Program-made: the position numbers and the translations under genes
Notes under the pieces: generated by a model
Seen by the model: only the letters and a program-made list of their open reading frames with translations
Databases searched by the model: none
Told to the model about the DNA's origin: nothing
Assembly (NCBI GenBank): GCA_963588535.1
Contig: CAVAII010000035.1
Coordinates: 1-49,612 of the forward strand
DNA: 49,612 nt
Direction: 5' to 3'
Source: Erysipelotrichaceae bacterium
Lineage (GTDB): Bacteria; Bacteroidota; Bacteroidia; Bacteroidales; P3
In this document: piece after piece, positions 28,158-35,585 of the stretch
Position numbering within the stretch: position 1 is the first letter of the stretch
Layout: each line of letters starts with the position of its first letter

Positions 28158-29921
28158 TTAGTTTTCTTTCTTCTCCATCTCTTCTTTCAAAGAAGCCAAA
28201 ACGTCCAAATCACCAAGAGTAGTCTTCTCTAAGTTTTGGTTGATTTGTCTCATAACATTACCCTCTTTTCTAGGTTTGTTATCGTCTTCTTGTCTCCACA
28301 TCTTAGTGTGTGAAAGTACAATTCTTTTTGCTTCTTTTTGGAACTCGATAACTTTGAACTGAAGTTTCTCGTCTACCTTTGGATTAGTCTTGTCCTCTTT
28401 CATCATCTGACCCTTAGGACAGAAACCTTCTATTCCGTAAGGTAAGTTAACTACAGCACCGCTCTTCTCATTAACGCTTGTTACAGTACCCTCTTGAACA
28501 GAACCTACTGTAAAGATAGTCTCGAATACATCCCAAGGATTCTCCTCTAATTGTTTGTGTCCCAAAGACAATCTTCTGTTCTCAGGATCTATGCTAAGTA
28601 CTACAACGTCTAACTTCTCACCAATCTTAGTGAACTCAGCAGGGTGTTTGATCTTCTTGCTCCAAGACAAGTCAGAGATATGTATCAAACCATCTACACC
28701 TTCCTCTAATTCTACAAAGATACCAAAGTTAGTAAAGTTACGAACAGTAGCAGTATGTTTGCTTCCTACTGGATATTTCTTGTCGATATCAATCCATGGG
28801 TCTGGCATTAATTGTTTCATACCCAAAGACATCTTTCTCTCTTCTCTATCCAAAGTCAAGATCTCTGCCTCTACCTCATCACCTACTTTCAAGAAGTCAT
28901 GTGCTGTACGTAAGTGTTGGCTCCAACTCATCTCCGTAACGTGTATCAAACCCTCTACACCAGGTATGATCTCTACAAATGCACCATAGTCTGCTATAAC
29001 TACTACTTTGCCTTTTACCTTATCACCAACCTTTAGGTTAGGATCTAATTGATCCCATGGGTGAGGAGTAAGTTGTTTCAAACCAAGAGCAATTCTCTTC
29101 TTTGTCTCGTCGAAGTCCAAAATAACTACTTTTAGTTTGTCGTCTAAGTGTACAATCTCCTCTGGTGAGTTGATTCTACCCCAAGACAAATCTGTGATAT
29201 GTATCAAACCATCTACACCACCTAAGTCAATGAATACTCCGTAAGAAGTAATGTTCTTAACAGTACCCTCTAATACTTGACCCTTCTCTAAGTGAGACAT
29301 AATCTCAGCCTTTTGTGCCTCTATCTCATCTTCTATCAAAGCCTTGTGCGATACTACTATGTTCTTGTACTCATTGTTGATCTTGATGATCTTGAACTCC
29401 ATAGTCTTGTCTACAAATACATCGTAATCCCTTATAGGCTTAACGTCTATTTGTGATCCTGGCAAAAAGGCCTCTATACCGAATACATCTACGATTAGAC
29501 CGCCCTTTGTTCTGGACTTAACGTAACCTTTAATAATCTCTCCACTCTCGAATGCTTCGTTAACTCTGCCCCAAGATTTAAGGATTCTTGCTTTCTTATG
29601 GCTAAGAACCAATTGACCATTAGAATCTTCCTCATTCTCAATGAATACCTCTACTTTGTCTCCTACCTTTAGGTCTGGATTATAACGGAACTCTGAAGCA
29701 GGTATTACACCGTCTGACTTGAAGTCGATATTAACTACAACTTCTCTGTCATTAAAGGCTACAACAGTACCTTCTGCTAATTGATCATCACCAATTTTGC
29801 CGAATGTTTGGTCGTAAGCGGCTTGAAGTTTCTCTCTGTCTTCTGGGGTGTAAGTTTGTTTGTCATCAACCGAAGCCCAATCAAAATCTTGTAAAGGTTG
29901 AACGTTTTTTAAATCTCTCAT
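28158..29921 (-). CDS. rpsA: 30S ribosomal protein S1
   Basis: 587 aa with six S1 repeats (for example GTVVAFNDREVVVNI, GYVKSRTKGGLIVDV, GTVKNITSYGVFIDLGGVDGLIHITDLSW). Confidence 0.95.
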   Translation of the reverse strand: MRDLKNVQPLQDFDWASVDDKQTYTPEDREKLQAAYDQTFGKIGDDQLAEGTVVAFNDREVVVNIDFKSDGVIPASEFRYNPDLKVGDKVEVFIENEEDSNGQLVLSHKKARILKSWGRVNEAFESGEIIKGYVKSRTKGGLIVDVFGIEAFLPGSQIDVKPIRDYDVFVDKTMEFKIIKINNEYKNIVVSHKALIEDEIEAQKAEIMSHLEKGQVLEGTVKNITSYGVFIDLGGVDGLIHITDLSWGRINSPEEIVHLDDKLKVVILDFDETKKRIALGLKQLTPHPWDQLDPNLKVGDKVKGKVVVIADYGAFVEIIPGVEGLIHVTEMSWSQHLRTAHDFLKVGDEVEAEILTLDREERKMSLGMKQLMPDPWIDIDKKYPVGSKHTATVRNFTNFGIFVELEEGVDGLIHISDLSWSKKIKHPAEFTKIGEKLDVVVLSIDPENRRLSLGHKQLEENPWDVFETIFTVGSVQEGTVTSVNEKSGAVVNLPYGIEGFCPKGQMMKEDKTNPKVDEKLQFKVIEFQKEAKRIVLSHTKMWRQEDDNKPRKEGNVMRQINQNLEKTTLGDLDVLASLKEEMEKKEN

Positions 29922-30033
29922 ACTGAGAATAATTTGTTTTTTTGTACAATTCCCTGCTGAATTGAATGGTTATACATTATTATTATATACTCGCTTAGCG
30001 ATAGCAGGCTCACCAATAGCAAGTATCAGACTG

Positions 30034-30041
30034 CAAAGATA
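30034..30041 (-). promoter_or_regulatory. -7 box (TATCTTTG on the minus strand) for rpsA
   Basis: The + strand reads CAAAGATA, giving a leader of about 105 nt. Confidence 0.45.
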
Positions 30042-30125
30042 CAAATATTCTGTAACATAGAGACTTTTTTTATAAGAAAAATTAATTTTTTTTCTCCTCA
30101 CCCCTCAAAAATCTATAAAAAGTAT

Positions 30126-30133
30126 TAATTTTG
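30126..30133 (+). promoter_or_regulatory. -7 box TAATTTTG for the type II R-M unit
   Basis: Exact TAnnTTTG, 21 nt upstream of ATG 30154. Confidence 0.5.
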
Positions 30134-30153
30134 CCTTCTCAAAACACATAACT

Positions 30154-30897
30154 ATGGCTACAAGTAAATATAACTTAGGGTTTATATCCGACGAGAATAT
30201 CTATAAGCACGTCAAAGATACTGTCCTACACTACAAATCTATGATTGATTTGGAAGAGTTTAACAGCAATATAATAGATCCTGTCAAACTTACTTTCGAT
30301 GCCAAAGTCTATGGCAAGACTTTCGAAGAGTTGATAGAATCCGAGTGTATCAGACAAGCAGACAAAGCCAACAATAACCAAATAGGATATTTTCACCAAA
30401 ACCTTTTCCTCTACGCAGGCAACGGTTGGTACGTTCCTAAGGAAGTATTCGACGTTGCTAACGACAACCTAAGAATATATGTAGAGATAAAAAACAAACA
30501 TAATACTATGAACTCCTCTTCCTCTAAATCAACCTACATAAAGATGCAAAACCAACTACTCAAAGACCCTCAATCTACTTGTATGTTAGTGGAGGTCATA
30601 GCCAAAACCTCTCAAAACATAGTTTGGAAAACTTCTATCGACAAAACCAAAGTCGAACACCCCAAAATACGCCGTGTATCGATAGACAAGTTCTACGAAA
30701 TAGTTTTCTCGGACAATAACGCCTTTGCCAAACTCTGCAACGCCCTTCCCCTAATCCTCGACGATGTAATCAAACAAGTACACACCAAAGCCATTAGTAG
30801 CAATGTTAGTCAAGAGTTAAAGAAACTTTCTACCAATACCTTCAAAAGTCTTTATCTACTGGCATTTGATAAATACGAGGGATTTAATAATTTCTAA
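30154..30897 (+). CDS. Type II restriction endonuclease, Eco47II/Sau96I-like family
   Basis: LGFISDENIYKHVKDTV.., IDPVKLTFD, IGYFHQNLF and FDVANDNLRIYVEIKNKHNTMNSSSSKSTYIKMQ match my recollection of the RE_Eco47II family, including the PD-(D/E)xK-like D...E-I-K. Lies directly upstream of a C5 methyltransferase. Confidence 0.6.
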   Translation: MATSKYNLGFISDENIYKHVKDTVLHYKSMIDLEEFNSNIIDPVKLTFDAKVYGKTFEELIESECIRQADKANNNQIGYFHQNLFLYAGNGWYVPKEVFDVANDNLRIYVEIKNKHNTMNSSSSKSTYIKMQNQLLKDPQSTCMLVEVIAKTSQNIVWKTSIDKTKVEHPKIRRVSIDKFYEIVFSDNNAFAKLCNALPLILDDVIKQVHTKAISSNVSQELKKLSTNTFKSLYLLAFDKYEGFNNF

Positions 30898-30901
30898 CCC
30901 T

Positions 30902-32134
30902 ATGGAACAGTTCTTTACCAAAACGAATCTGGCAGATATCCTAAGCGTATCTTTGCGTACTATCGAGACGTGGGTCACCAAAGGCACTCTATCCTTAGAC
31001 ACGGACGAAAGCGGTAGAGAAGGTTTCTATGCCCATAACATAGCCCAGATACCTTCGGTAGAATCTATGCTATATAGCAAATGGAATGAAGAATATAGCG
31101 TAACATCAAAGCGAGATTATACCTCCATAGAGTTGTTCGCAGGTGGTGGTGGTCTGGCATTAGGAATGGAAATGGCAGGCTTCAAACACGTCCTATTGAA
31201 CGAAATAGACTCGTCTGCTTGCGATACCCTACGAATGAATCGCCCCTCTTGGAACATCGTAGAAGGAGACATACACAAGATATCTTTCAAAGAATACAGG
31301 GACAAAGTAGATTTCCTATCGGGTGGTTTTCCTTGTCAAGCATTTAGTTATGCAGGCAACAAAGGCGGTTTCGAGGACGCCAGAGGTACTCTATTCTTCG
31401 AATTGGCAAGAGCCGTGAAAGAAGTAAAGCCCAAAGTCTTTATGTGCGAGAATGTCAAAGGTCTCTACACTCATGACAATGGCCGAACGTTCGAGGTAAT
31501 CAAAAACGTTATCTCTGAGCTCGGCTATACCTTGGTAGATCCACAAGTCCTAAAAGCCGTTCAGTACAAAGTACCTCAAAAAAGAGAACGTCTAATCCTT
31601 GTTGCCATTAGAAATGATTTAGCCCCAAAGGTTACCTTCCATTACCCTTCTCCTTTTTATAGAGTGGTTACCCTTAGAGACGCTTTCTACAAAGGTATCC
31701 TCTACGACACCGACGTACCTCCCTCAATAGGTCAGAAGTACCCTCAACGCAAAAAAGAAATAATGGACAAAGTGCCTATGGGTGGATATTGGAAAGACCT
31801 CCCAGACGACCTACAAAGAGAGTATATGAAAGGTAGTTATTATATGAGTGGCGGAAGAACAGGTATCGCCCGAAGACTCTCACTTAACGAGCCTTCACTT
31901 ACCTTGACTTGTGCCCCTGCTATGAAACAGACCGAACGTTGTCACCCTATCGAGACTCGCCCTCTAACCGTTAGAGAATACGCCCGCATACAGACCTTCC
32001 CTGATTCTTGGCAGTTCTGTGGCAATATGACAACGCAATACAAACAAATCGGAAACGCTGTGCCTGTTAATCTTGCCGCAGCCGTTGGTCGTTCGCTTAT
32101 CCGTCTGTTTAACGATATAGAAGACCTAAAATAA
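30902..32134 (+). CDS. dcm: DNA (cytosine-5)-methyltransferase with an N-terminal HTH domain
   Basis: C5-MTase motifs I (ELFAGGGGL), IV (GGFPCQAFS), VI (ENVKGL), VIII (PQKRERL) and X (GNAVPV). The N-terminal TNLADILSVSLRTIETWVTKGTL is a MerR/excisionase-type HTH. Start at ATG 30902. Confidence 0.9.
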   Translation: MEQFFTKTNLADILSVSLRTIETWVTKGTLSLDTDESGREGFYAHNIAQIPSVESMLYSKWNEEYSVTSKRDYTSIELFAGGGGLALGMEMAGFKHVLLNEIDSSACDTLRMNRPSWNIVEGDIHKISFKEYRDKVDFLSGGFPCQAFSYAGNKGGFEDARGTLFFELARAVKEVKPKVFMCENVKGLYTHDNGRTFEVIKNVISELGYTLVDPQVLKAVQYKVPQKRERLILVAIRNDLAPKVTFHYPSPFYRVVTLRDAFYKGILYDTDVPPSIGQKYPQRKKEIMDKVPMGGYWKDLPDDLQREYMKGSYYMSGGRTGIARRLSLNEPSLTLTCAPAMKQTERCHPIETRPLTVREYARIQTFPDSWQFCGNMTTQYKQIGNAVPVNLAAAVGRSLIRLFNDIEDLK

Positions 32135-32248
32135 GCCTTTTTTTACTCCCTTTTTTTCAACTCTCTGCCACTTCGTAGATTAGAAAAAAACCACAAATTT
32201 TTTCCAAAAAAAGAGAAAAAAAATTGTCTCCATCTGAAAGATTTTATC

Positions 32249-32256
32249 TACTTTTG
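32249..32256 (+). promoter_or_regulatory. -7 box TACTTTTG for the ATPase/Toprim unit
   Basis: Exact TAnnTTTG, about 245 nt upstream of ATG 32502. Confidence 0.4.
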
Positions 32257-32501
32257 CAATCGGAAAGGTTACCAAAAATAAACCCATCCACGAAAATTTA
32301 ATTTATTAACTAATAAACATTTACGCTTATGACAAAAGAGCAACGTACAGCAACGTTGTGTAGAGATAGCCTTCGCTTCTCTATTCGCAACACAGAGACA
32401 AAACAAACTTTCTTCTTCGCCGTTGGCGACTACACTATCTATGCACAAAAAAAACAAGAAAGAAACTTATTTATCAACACTAAAAAAAGATTTAGTAAAC
32501 A

Positions 32502-33824
32502 ATGGAAACACAAAACAAAAACACAAATGGGGGATTAGAAACCCAACAAAAGATGACAAACAGGGGATCAGAAACTCAACCAAATGAAACTATTAACGTC
32601 TCTTTCCCAACAACTATCACAGACGATTGGCAAAAGGCAGTCGAAGGCTATCACACAGCCACAAAAGAGAAAACCGAGAAGGAAAAAGTAGAAGACGTAC
32701 TTCAACAGATCCTTCAAGATGATTACACTGAGAACGTTGTCGACTACTCCAAAGATTTCTACGATAAGGAGATAGAACCGATAGCGTGGCTGACTGATAA
32801 CTGGTGGCCAGCAGGCGATCAGACGGACAACAAGACCCTAAACCTACTGGGTGCGAGTGGAGTAGGTAAGACAACGCTTTATAGTTATCTTATGCTATGC
32901 CTTTCGTGCAATGTCCCGATGTTCGGCAATAAGGACTTCTCGAACCATAACCCTGACAAGAGACCCATCGTTATGATCTGTCTTGAAGACGGTGCTAAAC
33001 GTATGCGAACACTCCTTAAAAGTCAATGGCAGAGTATGGTCAAAAGCGGTCTTATCGCCCCTGACAACGTCCCTGATATACGTTATATATATGAGGAACG
33101 TCTGTTGCAGAGGACTAAGGATGGGCTGTATTTCGAGTTCCTGCCGATGATCTTTCGTCTCTATGACAAACCTCCTGTAATGGTTGTCTGCGACTCGCTT
33201 TTGGAGTTGAACGCTATCTTTGGTACTGCCGGCAATGACAGTACCAGCGTCTCGCAGGCTCTACACCCTTTCCGTGCCTTGAACAAAGAATTCGGCTGTA
33301 ACACCCTTATGATCAATCACCCTCAGAAAAACTCCTCTATCTACCAAGACGAACAACAGCAGATCATAGGTGCTGCCGCCGGTATCACTAGTTCTAAGGC
33401 GATAATGAAACTACAAAAAGGTAAGACAGAAGGCCTTTTGGAGTTCTCATTCGTTAAGTCGACTTATATGCCCGAGAAGTTCCGTACAAAGAAATTCGTT
33501 ATCCGTCGTAACGATGACTCTACGTTTACTTTTATGGAAATGAGGGAGAAGAACTCCTCCGACCAAGACGAAGAGACCCAAATCAACTACCTCCAAACCC
33601 TTACCTACGCCAAAGACCTATACGATAATCAGAAAATAGGTACTTGGAAAGTAGTTGCAGAAAAACTCAATAGCGAGGGTAAAAAGAATCCGAGTGGAGA
33701 CAACTGGACGGGTAATTATCTTTGTAGAGAGGTAAGGAGAGTATCAGGAAATTCTACTCAATCTGACAAAAAATCTACTCATTCAAACTCAAAATCTAAC
33801 TCTCACTCGAAAACTAAGAAATGA
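32502..33824 (+). CDS. RecA-fold ATPase of the RepA/DnaB-like (AAA_25-type) helicase family
   Basis: Walker A LLGASGVGKTTL, VMICLEDG, Walker B PVMVVCDSLLEL and LMINHPQK (H..K motif), as in plasmid or phage RepA-type hexameric helicases. S/K-rich C-terminal tail. Confidence 0.65.
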   Translation: METQNKNTNGGLETQQKMTNRGSETQPNETINVSFPTTITDDWQKAVEGYHTATKEKTEKEKVEDVLQQILQDDYTENVVDYSKDFYDKEIEPIAWLTDNWWPAGDQTDNKTLNLLGASGVGKTTLYSYLMLCLSCNVPMFGNKDFSNHNPDKRPIVMICLEDGAKRMRTLLKSQWQSMVKSGLIAPDNVPDIRYIYEERLLQRTKDGLYFEFLPMIFRLYDKPPVMVVCDSLLELNAIFGTAGNDSTSVSQALHPFRALNKEFGCNTLMINHPQKNSSIYQDEQQQIIGAAAGITSSKAIMKLQKGKTEGLLEFSFVKSTYMPEKFRTKKFVIRRNDDSTFTFMEMREKNSSDQDEETQINYLQTLTYAKDLYDNQKIGTWKVVAEKLNSEGKKNPSGDNWTGNYLCREVRRVSGNSTQSDKKSTHSNSKSNSHSKTKK

Positions 33825-33955
33825 CCCTAATGACGTAGTGAGTGAGTGACTGACCCTAGGGTTTCTCAGTCACTCACTAACTAGTCTTTTCGTTTATTCG
33901 CTTATTGCTCAGTTATTTAATCAGTATTATTAACAAACACAAAAAATTCAGTATT
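33825..33955. repeat. Intergenic repeat element, copy B (inverted relative to copy A), with a hairpin at 33841-33878
   Basis: Fills the whole spacer between the ATPase stop and the next ATG. 13-bp perfect stem AGTGAGTGACTGA/TCAGTCACTCACT; loop CCCTAGGGTTTC. The flanks match copy A (see 7669-7819). Confidence 0.8.
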
Positions 33956-35413
33956 ATGACTCAAAAAAGTACATTCATAGACCCTGATATCTTACAAAAA
34001 GGAGAACAAAGACCGCACTTCCGTAAGATGATCGGCACAAAAGAAATCAAACACAACAGCCTCGGCAAAGGATTCACTTGCCCTTATTGCGGTGCTAAAA
34101 ACCATTTCAACCCATACGTCTATATGACCGACTTCCGTCAGAAACGAGAAGGAGAGGTTGTCGACGCTCAACTGTTCGGCCACTGCTTCAACGCCTCTTG
34201 CCCGGCAGGTCAATCCTCCAAAGGTATCTACCCCTCTTTCGAGAACGGCTACCGATACTCTATGGCAGGTTATCCTGACGCTAATAAACTTAACACTCAG
34301 CACACTAATCTTAATGCTTATCCCACTAATCTTAACAATTATTCCCCCTCCCAAAATTCTCATCCCTCTAATTCTCACTCATTTACCTCTAAGCCAAACT
34401 CCTTTGCCTCTAAGTCAAACTCCTTTATCTCTAAGCCAAATACTCACTTCGCTACTCAAAACTCCTTTTCCTCTACTCAAAACTCTCCCTTACCGTTACT
34501 GCCACAGCATTATGACCTTATAGATAGAGGGTGGATAGCCGCTCATAACTTTTTCTCTAACTTCCTCTATGGGTCGTTCTGCGGTTATGACTGCGAGATG
34601 ATGGACTACCTGCTCTCGCTCGGCTACTCTCGCCAAGAGATACTGCAAGCCTTCTGCGAGATGAAGGTCTCAGGCTCGTTCTACAAACAACTAACAATCG
34701 AGCCTCTGCCCTCGAACGATGATGACTCCTTCCCGCCGCCTAACCCCAACAACGCCCGTATCCTCCGTATCAAAGGCACCGTCTATTGGTACCTCGACGA
34801 GTGGGGTGGCATACGCACAGGCAAGATAATCTACTCGCTCCACGGCCATCGTATCAGCAAGAAAAACACCCCCGAGGTGCCTTCCGCCTTGCATTCCCTA
34901 TTCTCGCCCTCTTGGGTACACTACTATTATAAACAACTGCCCGATAACACCGAAAAAGACTTCCGTGCAGGTGTCTTTGGCCTGCCACGCCTTTGTAAGA
35001 TGATGCAAAAAGGGACTCTCTCCTCGCTTCCTATCTGCCTTTATGAGAGTGAGAAAACGGCTCTGATGATGACTCTCGAATGTCCTTCGGCTGTTCATCT
35101 TGCTGTGGGTGGCGAGCAGAACTTCAAGTACGATATCCTTATGGACCTATTCTCGCTCGGCGTCCGTTGTCTTGTCGCCTACCCGGACAAAGGCTACTAT
35201 GACTCATGGCAACGCAAAGCCCATGATATCACTTCTCAATTCTCTCATCTTTTCCCTCTTGCTTCCTCGACTGACCGCCTTTATATCCACGTCTCTGATA
35301 TACTCGAACAGCCTTCGTTTTCCTTCCTCCCCGACAACTCTGACCTCGGCGACCTAATCGACCACATCCGCCACTGTACATCCTCCACACCCGAAGTCTC
35401 GGCAGTAGGTTAA
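33956..35413 (+). CDS. Zinc-finger plus Toprim-like domain protein (primase-like)
   Basis: Start at ATG 33956 (MTQKSTFIDP). Cys/His cluster FTCPYCGAKNHF...GHCFNASCPAG, then a low-complexity S/N/P linker. The C-terminal ICLYESEKTALMM..HLAVGGEQNF..LVAYPDKGYYDSW..SDLGDLI resembles a Toprim fold (conserved Glu plus an acidic cluster). Confidence 0.55.
   Translation: MTQKSTFIDPDILQKGEQRPHFRKMIGTKEIKHNSLGKGFTCPYCGAKNHFNPYVYMTDFRQKREGEVVDAQLFGHCFNASCPAGQSSKGIYPSFENGYRYSMAGYPDANKLNTQHTNLNAYPTNLNNYSPSQNSHPSNSHSFTSKPNSFASKSNSFISKPNTHFATQNSFSSTQNSPLPLLPQHYDLIDRGWIAAHNFFSNFLYGSFCGYDCEMMDYLLSLGYSRQEILQAFCEMKVSGSFYKQLTIEPLPSNDDDSFPPPNPNNARILRIKGTVYWYLDEWGGIRTGKIIYSLHGHRISKKNTPEVPSALHSLFSPSWVHYYYKQLPDNTEKDFRAGVFGLPRLCKMMQKGTLSSLPICLYESEKTALMMTLECPSAVHLAVGGEQNFKYDILMDLFSLGVRCLVAYPDKGYYDSWQRKAHDITSQFSHLFPLASSTDRLYIHVSDILEQPSFSFLPDNSDLGDLIDHIRHCTSSTPEVSAVG
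34388..34450 (+). repeat. Imperfect 21-bp x3 tandem repeat (SKPNSFA-type) in the linker of the Toprim protein
   Basis: TCTAAGCCAAACTCCTTTGCC / TCTAAGTCAAACTCCTTTATC / TCTAAGCCAAATACTCACTTC. Confidence 0.8.
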
Positions 35414-35449
35414 TCGCCTAATCTAAGCAGACAAGAGGAGAAAAGAAAA

Positions 35450-35488
35450 AGCGGTCAGCCTTTAAATGGTACTGACCGCTTTTGTTTT
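35450..35488 (+). terminator. Rho-independent terminator after the ATPase/Toprim unit
   Basis: AGCGGTCAG-(13 nt)-CTGACCGCT followed by TTTGTTTT. Confidence 0.75.
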
Positions 35489-35561
35489 GGGTGTTATAGT
35501 ATTGGAGAGATTTTTGTCAAATTATTTTGATATAAAAGTGAGTGGAAATGAAAAATTTGAT

Positions 35562-35569
35562 TAATTTTG
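35562..35569 (+). promoter_or_regulatory. -7 box TAATTTTG for the type IIB R-M unit
   Basis: Exact TAnnTTTG, 17 nt upstream of ATG 35586. Confidence 0.5.
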
Positions 35570-35585
35570 CAAAAAATAATAAATT

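Noticed and set aside
29922-30153. Possible replication origin where gene orientation switches (minus-strand genes 12.9-29.9 kb, plus-strand genes from 30.1 kb)
   Set aside because: There are no DnaA-box-like TTATCCACA motifs, no dnaA/dnaN nearby and no AT-rich unwinding repeats. Gene orientation elsewhere in the window is mixed, and the region is explained by the rpsA leader plus the R-M promoter.
32329-32538. 69-aa + strand ORF (MTKEQRTATLCRDSLRF...) in the leader of the ATPase gene
   Set aside because: It lies downstream of the 32249 promoter and could be a real small protein or a leader peptide. I recognise no family or signal, it is lysine-rich at its end from A-rich DNA, and it overlaps the ATPase start. 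I cannot support it as a gene.
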